Assembly: GCA_963714275.1 (NCBI GenBank) | Contig: CAVQNT010000005.1 | Span: forward strand, 64,001-128,000 | Origin: Candidatus Bathyarchaeota archaeon | GTDB taxonomy: Archaea; Thermoproteota; Bathyarchaeia; Bathyarchaeales; DTEX01 | Length of the DNA stretch: 64,000 nt | Direction: 5' to 3' | Shown here: positions 35,256 to 46,108 of the stretch, in pieces | Layout: the number at the start of each line of letters is the position of its first letter | How positions within the stretch are numbered: the first letter of the stretch is position 1 | Program-made: the position numbers and the translations under genes | The notes under the pieces: generated by a model | Told to the model about the DNA's origin: nothing | Database searches by the model: none | What the model saw: only the letters and a program-made list of their open reading frames with translations

Positions 35256-35723
35256 ATGGTGAGTTCGAAAATAGTTGTTCTGATGGGTTCAAAAAGCGAC
35301 GTTTCATTCGCCCAAAGAGTCGAAGAGTTTTTGAAACAAGAGAACATGAATGTTGACTGCGAGTTTGTGGTGTCGTCAGCCCACAGAACCCCAGATATGC
35401 TGCTTCAAAAACTAAAGGAATATGAGAAATCCAGCGACAACATCGTCTTCATAACCATCGCAGGCTTATCAGACGCCCTATCAGGAGTCGTTGCAGGCTT
35501 TACAGCTCGACCCGTCATAGCGTGCCCGCCAGACATCGAAAAATATGGTCCTCTGAAAGCTTTTTCGTCTGTCATGATGCCCACTGGAGTTCCAGTTATG
35601 CTTGTTTCGAAACCTGAAAATGCTGCCTTGGCTGCTGCGAAGATTTTGGCAATCGGAAATCCATCTCTCAATCACGAAATTGTTAAGTATATCCAGAAAA
35701 AGAGAAGCGAGGTCGCAACATGA
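35256..35723 (+). CDS. purE: AIR carboxylase/N5-CAIR mutase PurE
   Basis: MGSKSD, SAHRTP, AGLSDALSG, PVIACP, PENAA. Confidence 0.92.
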   Translation: MVSSKIVVLMGSKSDVSFAQRVEEFLKQENMNVDCEFVVSSAHRTPDMLLQKLKEYEKSSDNIVFITIAGLSDALSGVVAGFTARPVIACPPDIEKYGPLKAFSSVMMPTGVPVMLVSKPENAALAAAKILAIGNPSLNHEIVKYIQKKRSEVAT

Positions 35724-35755
35724 GCAAAAAAAGGAAGGAAAGCTGAGACTTAACA

Positions 35756-36622
35756 ATGAACACGAGAAATATCGTTTTAGAGTCCAATCTTGCTTATCCC
35801 TTGCTTAAAAGAGGTAAGGTACGAGACCTATATGACTTAGGCGACAAACTTCTAATTGTTTCCACGGACAGACTCTCAGCGTTCGACGTTGTTTTGCCTG
35901 ACGGAATACCGCACAAGGGCGAAGCATTGAACCTTCTCTCTGCATTCTGGTTCAAAAAAACCGAACGAATAGTGCCTAACCACCTTCTTGAGGTTGTCGA
36001 CTCGAGAACAGTTCTCGTAAAAAAGACTGAACCAGTGAAGGTTGAGTTTGTTGTCAGAGGTTACCTTTACGGCTCAGCGTGGGAAAAACACCGAAACGGA
36101 GAAGCCGTCTGCGGAGTCAAGCTTCCATCTGGCATGAAAAAAGCTCGAAAAGTTCCTGAACCAATTTTGACACCCACCACGAAGGCTGATGTTGGGCACG
36201 ACATCGAATTAACCCGAGAACAAGTTGACAAGTTTATTGGCAGAAAACTCGCTACCGAAATAGAGGAGTGCAGCCTAAACATTTACGAAGCTGCATCGAA
36301 GAAGGCTGAAGAAAAAGGCATAATCATTGCGGACACAAAATTCGAGTTCGGAGTGCTTAATGGCAGCCTTATTTTGATTGACGAGATTTTGACTCCTGAC
36401 TCATCACGTTTCTGGCCAAAAGACCAATATAAGATTGGTGTAGACCAGCCAAGCTTTGACAAACAAAACGTCAGAGACTACCTCACGTCAACAGGCTGGA
36501 ACAAGCAGCCACCTGCCCCGTACCTTCCAGAATCTGTCATCGCCGAAACGTCGCGTAGGTACATTGAAGCCTACGAAAAACTAACGGGACAAAAATTTAT
36601 CAATAAAATAAGAAAGAAATGA
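35756..36622 (+). CDS. purC: SAICAR synthetase
   Basis: GKVRDLY, DRLSAFD, ADTKFEFG, DEILTPDSSRFW. Confidence 0.96.
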   Translation: MNTRNIVLESNLAYPLLKRGKVRDLYDLGDKLLIVSTDRLSAFDVVLPDGIPHKGEALNLLSAFWFKKTERIVPNHLLEVVDSRTVLVKKTEPVKVEFVVRGYLYGSAWEKHRNGEAVCGVKLPSGMKKARKVPEPILTPTTKADVGHDIELTREQVDKFIGRKLATEIEECSLNIYEAASKKAEEKGIIIADTKFEFGVLNGSLILIDEILTPDSSRFWPKDQYKIGVDQPSFDKQNVRDYLTSTGWNKQPPAPYLPESVIAETSRRYIEAYEKLTGQKFINKIRKK

Positions 36623-36628
36623 TGTGGA

Positions 36629-37787
36629 ATGTCTTCAAAATATGCTGAAGCAGGAGTAGACGTCAAGAAAAAAGGAATCGAAATCTTCAAGGAAACCGTC
36701 AACAACCTTTTTCCTAATGCTTTCTGCGTCGTAACAGGAGACCCAAACTTGCCCGGACAAGGACTCGTCACGCATGCTGACAGCGCAGGCAGCAAACCAG
36801 TCCAAGCATACCTCAACTGGAAAGAAACTGGCGACCTAGGATGGTTCAAGGGACTCGCCCAAGACATCTTAGCGATGAACCTCAACGACATCTCATGCGT
36901 AGGAGCACAGCCAATAAATTTCATCGATTACATTGCACTTAATCCGCTGAAGGTCCCAAAGGTAAACCTACTAAGAATCTTAAATGACGGATTCAAAGAA
37001 AGCTTTAAAACTTTAGAGAATCTTGGAACCAAGGTATTTTTTTCTGGAGGCGAGACCGCTGACCTTCCAGACCAGATTAGAACCTTCGACATTTCAGGCG
37101 TAGTTAATGGGCGTGTCGAACTGTCCAAAGTCATAACGGGAACAGAAATTAAGTCAGGCAACGTTATTATTGGTTTGAGAAGTGGCGGAAAAACAAGTTA
37201 CGAAAACCGAGAGAACAGCGGAATTATGTGTAACGGACTCACTTTGGCAAGGCTTTGTCTTCTAAGCAAGGATTACCAGCAGAAATATCCTGAGATTGCT
37301 GATCCAGAAGGCAGAGGATACTACGGACGGTTCAAGATTGACACATATTTGCATGAAATAGGCATGACTGTTGGAGAGGCTTTAGTTTCGCAGATGAGGT
37401 TTTATGCACCCGTCATCCTGAAGATACTGAAAAAGCATGGAGAAGACTTAACTGGCTTGGTTCACAACATGGGCGGTGGACAAACCAAATGCCTACGAAT
37501 TGGCAGAAACATCAATTTCGTTAAAGACAGCATCATCGAGCCAGATCCCATATTCAACCTCATCCAAAAAGAGTCCAACGAAAGTCTGGAAGTCGATGTT
37601 TGAGATTTTTAACATGGGAACAGGCTTCGAGATAATCGCGAAACCGCACATCCAAAACGAATTACTAGACATTTCAGAAAAATTCGGGCTTGAGGCTAAG
37701 GTTATTGGAAGATGTGAAAAAAGCAGCCGTCAGAATATGGTTACAATAGTTTGTCCTTGGGGAAAGTTCAAGTATCAACGCGAATAG
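36629..37787 (+). CDS. purM: AIR synthetase (frameshift near 37580)
   Basis: YAEAGVD, AMNLND, GGETADLPD, HNMGGG, FNMGTG. Confidence 0.9.
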
Positions 37788-37800
37788 AATGGCCAGAATA

Positions 37801-38974
37801 TTACGTGACTATTCTGTCGAGAACCTTTTTTTCCGCAGCATATTTTATCTCAAGTAAAGGTAAATCCATAGGAGCTGCGATTCTTTCCAGTCCATGCTGC
37901 TTCATTAGCCACTGGTATTTTAACGACAGCCGTCTCATCTCAGGAGAGGTCGGACCCACGCATGGGCAGCCTGGAATTCTGGGACTGACATCAAAAACGT
38001 AAAAAGACAGCTTCCTCTGCTCGGGATCGTCGGCATCGTAAGCTATGGCTCCCTGTAAGGCAAAAAGCCCTATTATTCCAGGCTGGAACTCTTTTTTGCA
38101 GATTCTCCTAAATTTTTCCGCTGCGTCGTATACAAGTGGCTTCTGGGACTCCCTCATTGTCAAACCGTAATGACCGATTTCCTCGTTCTTTATGGTCACG
38201 TTTATTCCAAGCTGGTCTCTGGCTGGCAAACCGAGGACACCGTGGAGGTTGGTCTGTTTTCTGTCGTCGAAGCCTAAAAGGTCGAAGTCGCTGAAAACGT
38301 CGGGCAACGCCCACCCCTGAAAATTGGCGTTGAACTTTTGTCCCAAAACGTATTCTTCTATTCTGGCTTTCTTTAAGGCGTCTCCATCGATTACTTCGTC
38401 TTTTATGAGGCTGTTAGCCTTTTCATAATAATCCTTCGAATTGGAAGCATAAAAGAACGCTCTCTCCATAGGCTTCTTTTTCTGCTGCACTTTAACTATC
38501 GCGAGCCTGTCAATGTCTTCGGGCTTGTCAAATTTTTTGGGCGTCTTGATTCCCGCCTGCTCTAGCAACCAATACTGGTTGCGTTCCTCGTTTCTTTCTT
38601 CAGCTCTGAGAATCATCCTGTTTCCGTACAAGGGAACCTTAAATCGGCTTTCGATATTCTCGTAACCCACATACACAGAAAACGATCTGTTCGGGATGAA
38701 AATCGTGTTGTAATCCCTTAGCTTGGTTTGGACTTCAGAGTTAACTATGTCCGTGAACCGATCCAGAAGAATCACGTGGTCAAACAGGTGCTTATTGTAT
38801 TTGGCATATAGTTCCTCTCTGCCCTTCTGGCAAACAACAACAGTCGACAAACCGATGGACTTAGACTGAAACACCGACCTCCTCCGCCGAGTGTGACCCT
38901 AAAACTCCTACGGTAATTGTTTTGTTGTTGTATGATGATGTTAGTTCTTGCATTTCCTCTCTTTTTATAACCAT
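37801..38974 (-). CDS. PurP-like ATP-grasp protein (DUF1246/DUF1297; frameshift near 38865)
   Basis: GSHSA, PNRSF, GLFALQ, FDVSPRIPG. Confidence 0.88.
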
Positions 38975-39024
38975 ATTTTATACCTTCAAAACGTGTTTAG
39001 ATACTGTTATGACAGGAAACAACG

Positions 39025-40110
39025 TCAATAAACCACCTTCTCCAACTGGTTCATCTCAGCTGCTTTCCTAATTTCCGCCGCTATTCTTCTTCCCATGTAC
39101 ATTCCTTCGCCATATTTCAGGTATGCGTAGGGGGAGGTACCGATGCCGACGTTGCTGCCTGCGACAATCCGAGCTGAAATCTCGAAAGTGTAAATTTTCA
39201 TCGTGTCCGTGATGATTGTTTCGAGACAGAACGGACCAATTACGCCTGGAGGCGCGATCTCCTTTGCCACTTTTGCAACATTGTCTCCCATTGTCAAAAC
39301 TTCAGGCAGCAGCGACTCTCTTAGTGTTAAGGGAATGTTGCCGACAATCGTGTAGGTTGGATTTATTTCGAGCTGGAGCTGCTCGTTTGCAGGTATTCTG
39401 CCTATTGTATCAACCGTGGACTCGTAACGTTTGTCCATTCCAAGAAGCTCAATATCGTCCTCAAGCGCTGAACCAAAGTACTGAAAATACACGTTTACGC
39501 CAAGCACGTACTGTTGAAGATGCATGTCCTTAAGGTCTTCTCTGTTCAAATGTCCCTTTTTTATCATTTCCTCAGACTTTCTTCTAAACGATTCTGGAGA
39601 ATCAGCTAAGAAATAGCCCCTTCCTCCTCTTGCGCCTGGAAACTTGGCAATCACTAACCGATCTATCTCGTCTGGATTGCTGTAAATTTTAGGTAAGGTT
39701 AAACCTGCCTTTTGAAGCCAGCTTCTCTGCATGTCGCGGTCGATTTCCCAGCGTAGAAGCCTTCTATTGCCCAACATTGGTACGTATAAATTGTTCAGAA
39801 GCGCCTCCATACTCACGTACGCATTGAAAGAGCCGTGTGGAATCAGAATCGTATTAAGCCTTCTCAGCTTTTCCTGAACTTTGTCATCAAGGAGTTCGCT
39901 GAAATTATCAACGTAAACCATCTCATCCACTAATGGAAATTTCCTGTAGACAATCTCACGGTCTTTAGTAAGAATGCAGACTGTCCTGAAGCCTTCTTCT
40001 TTGGCGCCTTTAAAAATGTTAAGAGCTGAATGTGAACCAAGTGTTCCTATTGATAATTTGTGTTTGTCGTATTTTTTTACGATGGCGTTCATGTCTTCCT
40101 TTTCTATCAT
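39025..40110 (-). CDS. purP: Formate-dependent FAICAR synthetase PurP
   Basis: GSHSALNI, PHGSF, RESLL, GPFCLE, FEISARIVAGSN. Confidence 0.92.
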   Translation of the reverse strand: MIEKEDMNAIVKKYDKHKLSIGTLGSHSALNIFKGAKEEGFRTVCILTKDREIVYRKFPLVDEMVYVDNFSELLDDKVQEKLRRLNTILIPHGSFNAYVSMEALLNNLYVPMLGNRRLLRWEIDRDMQRSWLQKAGLTLPKIYSNPDEIDRLVIAKFPGARGGRGYFLADSPESFRRKSEEMIKKGHLNREDLKDMHLQQYVLGVNVYFQYFGSALEDDIELLGMDKRYESTVDTIGRIPANEQLQLEINPTYTIVGNIPLTLRESLLPEVLTMGDNVAKVAKEIAPPGVIGPFCLETIITDTMKIYTFEISARIVAGSNVGIGTSPYAYLKYGEGMYMGRRIAAEIRKAAEMNQLEKVVY

Positions 40111-40243
40111 CGATTTTCCCCAATGAAACTTGGCATTCTACATTAGAATAAACTATTCGTGAAGGTCTCTTTAATACTTCCGTTATTTCCTAATACTTGG
40201 AATTTAGCCCTAACTTTTTGAAATATTATAGAAAGTATTGACA

Positions 40244-40783
40244 TTATTCGCCTTCGAACTCGACAAGATGGAAAACATCGTAACCTTCGAGTTTTTTTCG
40301 ACCATGCAACTCAGGGAGGTCAACCACGAAGGCACAGCCAACCACTTTTCCGCCACATTTTTCAATCAGCTGGCACGCAGCCTTCATTGTACCGCCTGTA
40401 GCAAGCAAGTCGTCTACTAGAAGCACTCTGTCGCCTTTCTTGATTGCATCTTTATGAATCTCTATTCGGTCTATGTCATATTCTAGTTCATATTCTTGGC
40501 TTACAGTTTCAGCGGGTAATTTCCCCTTTTTCCTTATGGGTATAAATCCTTTCTTTAAGAGTATGGCTAACGCTGTGCCAAAGATTAGGCCACGTGACTC
40601 GATTCCAGCAACTATGTCAATCTTTTCGTTTTTGTAGTGTTCATAAAGCCTTTGACAAGTTTCGCGGAAGCCCTTCTCGTCCTTCAGTAAAGTCGTGATG
40701 TCCCTGAACATTACTCCTTTTTTGGGCCAGTTTGGAATCGTCCTAATCTTGGATTTTATGTCTTCGTTCATCTTCTTAACCAC
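40244..40783 (-). CDS. apt: Adenine phosphoribosyltransferase
   Basis: FRDITTLL, GIESRG, RKKGKLP, VDDLLATGGT. Confidence 0.95.
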   Translation of the reverse strand: MVKKMNEDIKSKIRTIPNWPKKGVMFRDITTLLKDEKGFRETCQRLYEHYKNEKIDIVAGIESRGLIFGTALAILLKKGFIPIRKKGKLPAETVSQEYELEYDIDRIEIHKDAIKKGDRVLLVDDLLATGGTMKAACQLIEKCGGKVVGCAFVVDLPELHGRKKLEGYDVFHLVEFEGE

Positions 40784-40789
40784 CTAGCT

Positions 40790-41587
40790 TCACATTACAG
40801 CTGTCTTGATGTCTTTTGTGCATGGACAGTCATCATAATCTTTAATTTTTGGGATTGTTTCCAGAATCAATCTCTGAACTTTGTCCACGTTCTCTTTAAA
40901 CGTCTTCATGACCATGACTGCGTCAACTGGCTTTTCACCAGTCTTCCAACAGTCATAATCAGTCGGCATCGCGATAGCAGCGTAATGCAGCCCAGCTTCC
41001 CTTGCCAACACAGCCTCTGGTACCGTACTCATGTTAATGACATCTCCGCCCCATTGCCTGAACGTGAAGCTTTCAGCTCTAGAGGAAAACCGCGGACCCT
41101 CAATGGTGACAACAGTTCCCTTTTCGTGGCACGGTAAACTGAGACTTTTAGCCTGCTCATAAAGAAGCTTCCTCATGTTAAAACAGAAGGGTTCAGCCAT
41201 CGGAATGTGGCAGACAGCATCCTTCTCGTAGAATGTTGACCGCCTTTTCGTCGTCCGATCAATGAATTGGTCTATAAAAACAAAGTCGCCAGGTTTTATC
41301 TTTTCACGCAACGAACCGCAAGCCGTTGTTACCAGAATGTGGGTGCAGCCTGCGTCCTTCAAGGCTTGTATGTTGGCTTGAAAAGGAACATTCGAAGGCA
41401 TCAAGGTGTGTCTTTTGCCGTGTCTCGAAAGTATTACGACCTCAGTTCCCTTAATCTTTCCAAGCATAAGCACAGATGATGGCTTACCAAAAACGGTTTC
41501 GCGCTCAACCTCTTTTTGTTCTTTAAGAATTTTTGGATCCTCAAGTCCTGATCCGCCGATTATTCCAATCTTGACCAAACCATTCAC
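40790..41587 (-). CDS. mtnP: S-methyl-5'-thioadenosine phosphorylase
   Basis: [35 protein letters not shown]. Confidence 0.93.
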   Translation of the reverse strand: MNGLVKIGIIGGSGLEDPKILKEQKEVERETVFGKPSSVLMLGKIKGTEVVILSRHGKRHTLMPSNVPFQANIQALKDAGCTHILVTTACGSLREKIKPGDFVFIDQFIDRTTKRRSTFYEKDAVCHIPMAEPFCFNMRKLLYEQAKSLSLPCHEKGTVVTIEGPRFSSRAESFTFRQWGGDVINMSTVPEAVLAREAGLHYAAIAMPTDYDCWKTGEKPVDAVMVMKTFKENVDKVQRLILETIPKIKDYDDCPCTKDIKTAVM

Positions 41588-41764
41588 CTTTACATTCAGA
41601 TATTATGCAACACCTAATTTTAAATTTACATATAATAGTTTATAGAATTTTATGACCGTTAACTGCACATTAATAGCTTATTTGAAACAGCAATATTATT
41701 TTTATGTTGTGATTTTACAGGTTTTTCGTTTGACAAAATATGAAAAAATTTTTTTATGCTATTT

Positions 41765-42926
41765 TCATATTTCATGGCTACCATATTGCGAGGATGCAAA
41801 TCTTCTAAGCCTTTGCAACGACGTCATTCTTTCCTTGTCTCCCAGCCTTGCATTCTCGACGGCTTCTCTAAGAAACTGGATTGAGTTGTCCATGGCTTTC
41901 CTGTCAACTGGGAAGGGCACACCGTCTTTTCCGCCATAAGCAAAGGAATATTTTACGGGGTCTTTCCAGCTCGGTTTCTCGCCATAGACAAGTTCAGAAA
42001 TCAAGGATAATCCGCGAATTGTTGAGGGTCCTAAGCCTTTTACGCTTAAAAGTTCCTCATAATTCGTTGGCTTAAACTCGTATGCTCTTTGCATGGCTTT
42101 CCAATTGATCGTTGCTGGCATAGTCAAGTAGTCAGCGATGAGAGCTTTGACTTTATTTTGATCCAAAGGCATCCATTCCTGAAGTGTTCGCTGATAAGCT
42201 GGATGAACCGACTGAAGTAGCCTCGCGATTGCTTTAGGACTTTCTTTTACCAAATCTACCGAGACCTTTCGGCATCCTTCGCTCTCTTTAGTCTGTCATG
42301 TCTAAGGCTGCTGCTCGCTTTACGTCCCCAACGATCGCTGCGTGAGGTTTTTCGACAAAGTTATCGTATTCTCCGAGAGCCAATGATACCTGCGAGCAGT
42401 CCTATCGGCAACGCTCATTCCTTGCTGAACCACAGCCCATTTCCCGTCTTGCGAAAAAAGAAAGGCATGGTGATAAAGTGGATACCCCGCTTGAATCGCA
42501 ACATTATCCACCTTCGCGCTTATTCGGCTTGCATACTTCAACCGATCCGTATCTTCAGTTGATAATCCTGAATTCGGTGCCAGCTGAACCTATCTCGAAC
42601 TGGGCTTTGTTTGAAGCTTTACCTTTTCCTCCGCAAACTGCCAAGCCAAATTCTCTTGGAGTTATTGCTGATTTGAGAACGCCAGTCAGAACCGTTGTTA
42701 CGCCTGAGGAGTGCCAGTCATAGCCTAAGACGCAGCCTAAGGCTTGAAACCAGTTTGGATCAGAGATTCTGCGTAAAAAAACCTCGTTACCATACTCGTC
42801 AAGAATGATTGCCACAATCTGCCTTGCCAGACGGATCATTCTACCGACTAACCATTGAGGCGCCTTGCCTCCATGAAGGGGAAGCTCCGCATATCCCGTT
42901 CTTTTTACCAATTTTACTACAGTCAT
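41765..42926 (-). CDS. DUF763 family protein (frameshifted)
   Basis: LPLHGGKAP, DWHSSGVTT, AKVDN, AYGGKDGVPFPV. Confidence 0.88.
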
Positions 42927-42999
42927 CTCTAATTGATTCAAAATGACATATTGTTGTGAGAATCCTTTAAACCTAATTGCCAAGAAAAAAGGGAAAAAT

Positions 43000-43482
43000 T
43001 TACTTTTTTTCTATTAATTGTCCTTCCCTGTTAATCTCCCCATACCTAATACGGGTTGTTGAGATAGAAACGTGGTTTTCTGCGGGAACCATGTCTATCA
43101 CGATAATTTTTAGTGCCTGCAACCCATTTTCTTTCCTTTTCACGTTTATTGCTTGGGCAGCTGGTTCAGTTTCCCGGCTGACGACAATAGCTTCGATACT
43201 ATTGTCCGTAGCAGCTGACCCATAAAAATCAGCAATGGGAATAATTTCAGCTCTGCCAAGAACTTTGGTTTCTTTGAGAAAGTCTTCTAATTCCTTCCTT
43301 CTTTCCTTGTAAGGTGCGATTTCGTGGTTCTTCCTGAGCTTCCTCGCGAACTCGTCCGTGCAAAGCCCTATCTGGACATGTACGCCTATGACGAAGGCTT
43401 TTTTGAGTAAGACTCGGTGACCTTTGTGCAGTTCGTCGAAGGTTCCACCGAGTCCTACGATTTTGAATTTTGTGTTCAACAA
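43000..43482 (-). CDS. coaD: Archaeal phosphopantetheine adenylyltransferase
   Basis: GGTFDELHKGH, VVSRET, ISTTRIR. Confidence 0.9.
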   Translation of the reverse strand: MLNTKFKIVGLGGTFDELHKGHRVLLKKAFVIGVHVQIGLCTDEFARKLRKNHEIAPYKERRKELEDFLKETKVLGRAEIIPIADFYGSAATDNSIEAIVVSRETEPAAQAINVKRKENGLQALKIIVIDMVPAENHVSISTTRIRYGEINREGQLIEKK

Positions 43483-43649
43483 TTGTTCGCCTAGACCACT
43501 TGTCCGCGCATTTTCGGTGTTTGCCTATCGTTTCGAGGCTTTCTTATTTATTGTTTTCTTTGAAACAGTATAGATTCGTATAAACATTTCATAGGAAATT
43601 CTTATATGCTTACATTTATTATGGCGCTTGACACATTGCGGTAATCTCT

Positions 43650-44540
43650 ATGACTGTATCCACAAAAAAGCCAGAAGATGTATCAGGAAGCGATGCATCA
43701 GAGAATAACACTGATCAACAGATACCAAAGGCGCTATCACTTGCCTTGATCTCGATTAATGCTGCACTTTACGCCATAGCCATAGCAGCGACTTCTCCTA
43801 TTCCGACGCCTTGGGGAATCGGGAACTTCAGACCTGGCGTCGTAATTCCCGCCTTCTTTTCCGTTGTTTTCGGACCGTTTGTTGGAGGAATCGGGGCGGC
43901 CATCGGATGCTTCTTGGGGGATTTTGCTTTGTCCCTTTTTGGGTTGACGACACCACTATTGAGTCTTGTGGCGGGTGTTCCTGGCAATTTTGTAGGCTTC
44001 TACGTCTTGGGTTGGCTTTATACCAAAAGACGTTCACTCTCATCTTTCATATTAAGTAACTTTGTTGCGTTATTTGCTGGTAATCTGGTTGCGGCTCTTG
44101 GTGTTCTGGCATACTTTTTGTACATTGTTCCCACATGGGTTTCGTGGCCGATTAACCTACAGGTCGCTGTGGTGATAGGATTAACTCTGTTCTGGGTGAC
44201 AACGATGGTGGTCTTTGTGACTCCCCTTGTTCCCGTGTTGGTTATTTACATAGAACCCACGTTATCGAAGATCGGGGTGAAAGGCGTCTCAAACTTGAAA
44301 CTAAGCAGCAAAGCGGATATTTTTAAATCAACGGGCTTAGTAACCCTCATTCTCGTTGCAGTATATGTTCTTGTTATGTTCATGCCTGATGGAAGCCAGC
44401 TTTTTGCTGGAACCGTTCCGCCCGAATTTCTCCTTTTGTCTGCGGGAGTGATTTTCGTTACTGGACTATTCTTCGCATTCTTGTCAGAGATTAATCTGAT
44501 GAAAAATAAATTACAGAAAACCCAGAAAGGACAGCATTGA
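43650..44540 (+). CDS. ECF transporter S-component-like membrane protein
   Basis: AALYA, FRPGVVIP, FGPFVGGIGAAIG, multiple TM helices. Confidence 0.75.
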   Translation: MTVSTKKPEDVSGSDASENNTDQQIPKALSLALISINAALYAIAIAATSPIPTPWGIGNFRPGVVIPAFFSVVFGPFVGGIGAAIGCFLGDFALSLFGLTTPLLSLVAGVPGNFVGFYVLGWLYTKRRSLSSFILSNFVALFAGNLVAALGVLAYFLYIVPTWVSWPINLQVAVVIGLTLFWVTTMVVFVTPLVPVLVIYIEPTLSKIGVKGVSNLKLSSKADIFKSTGLVTLILVAVYVLVMFMPDGSQLFAGTVPPEFLLLSAGVIFVTGLFFAFLSEINLMKNKLQKTQKGQH

Positions 44541-44543
44541 GCC

Positions 44544-45394
44544 ATGTCTCGTGAAGACCGTGTTCAATTAGTCGCAGGCATCGATGTTGGAGCAAGCACC
44601 ACTAAGGGCGTCATACTGGGAAAATCGGGAATAATACATCAATGTTTCATTGAAACCTTGAATGACAAGTCTTCAACTTTGCGAATTTTAAAAAAACTTC
44701 TTTCGAGGGTCGATGATGTTTCTTCAATAAAAAAAGTTGCTGTCTCAGGTGGCGATTCGCGGATAATTGTAAAAGAGTTCTTTGGGATACCAGTCCAGAA
44801 GGTAGATGAGATAGCAGCAACTGGCATAGGAGGTCTTTTCCTGTCAGGTAAGAATCAAGCATTAATCGTCAGCGTGGGAACTGGAACAGGTGATAATCAG
44901 CTGCCCGTAACAGTGGAAAAAGGATTAACCATGTTGGCGGCACAGGCGTTGGTGGAGGAACGGTTATGGGGTTGGCGAGAAGAATACTCGGTGTCAACGA
45001 CTTTCAGGATTTAGAAACTTTGGCATTAAAAGGCAACCTAAACCATGTTGATCTGACTGTGGGAGACATTGTGGGGGGACCTGTTGGGATTGTACCTGCT
45101 GAAGCGACCGCGTCAAACCTCGCTAGACTTGACGACGAAACTTTTCCGGAGGATGTGGCTGCTGGTATCTTTAACTTGGTTTCTCAGGTTGTGGGCGTTG
45201 TCTCAGTTATGGCTGCAAAATCCTGTAACCTCGAAGAAGACGTGGTTTTTGTGGGGAGATTAGTAAAAAGCCCATTAGTGTCAAACATCATCCATGAAAC
45301 TGTCAGAGTCTTCGGCGTGAAAGCCTTTGTGCCAGAAAATGGTGAGTATTGCATGGCTGTGGGGGCTGCATCGTACATTCTCAGGAATTATTGA
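44544..45394 (+). CDS. Type II pantothenate kinase-like ASKHA protein (frameshift near 44890)
   Basis: GIDVGASTTK, VSVGTGT, GGTGVGGGTVMGL, VDLTVGDI, TASN. Confidence 0.78.
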
Positions 45395-45498
45395 TATCAA
45401 AATAGAATTATGGCACAAAAACTATATTTTCCAGCGTAAAGTTTAAAGGTTAATATTGTGAATTTGCATACCGCGTTTAAGACAAAGGAGATTACAAG

Positions 45499-46044
45499 TT
45501 GATTTCTGATTCGATTCTTGATAAGAAGGTTCAGATTCTCCTTAAACTTAGAGGTTACAAGCTTCTCGGCGAAGAAGAAGTGAAAGAAGGCAAAGTTTTC
45601 ACGGTTGAAGGTCGTAAAAAGAAAAAACTAATCGTGTGGGCGATAACCAACGTTGAAACCATAGGCATCCGCTACATAACCCAACTGTCGAAACGGATTG
45701 AAACCCAAAGCCTCGATGGCGGAGTAATAATCTCTAACGGTAGGTTTACATACTCAGCCAAGGCGAACTCGAGAAAGAAAAGAGTCGAGCTTATCCCGCC
45801 CAACTTTCCTTCATTCAACATATTTGACCACTATCTTGTGCCAACACACGAGATACTTACTTTAGAGGAAAAAGAGGCGGTTCTTAAAAAATACCGGGTG
45901 CATCCTTACCAGCTTCCTCTGCTGAGAACTTCAGACCCAATTTCCAAGGTTATTGGCGCCAGACCAGGAGACTTAGTTAAGATAACTAGGGAAAGTCAAA
46001 CAGCCGGTGAACATGTCTCGTACCGATACGTCGTTGAAGGCTGA
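45499..46044 (+). CDS. rpoH: RNA polymerase subunit Rpo5 with ~100-aa N-terminal extension
   Basis: C-terminal HYLVPTHEIL, QLP, SDP, GDLVKITRESQTAG, YRYV. Confidence 0.9.
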   Translation: MISDSILDKKVQILLKLRGYKLLGEEEVKEGKVFTVEGRKKKKLIVWAITNVETIGIRYITQLSKRIETQSLDGGVIISNGRFTYSAKANSRKKRVELIPPNFPSFNIFDHYLVPTHEILTLEEKEAVLKKYRVHPYQLPLLRTSDPISKVIGARPGDLVKITRESQTAGEHVSYRYVVEG

Positions 46045-46108
46045 TTCGTCCTCCTATATTTTGAGTAAAAAGGTTTGACCTTGCTTTCAGCGTTGCGTCA
46101 CCCCAAAA

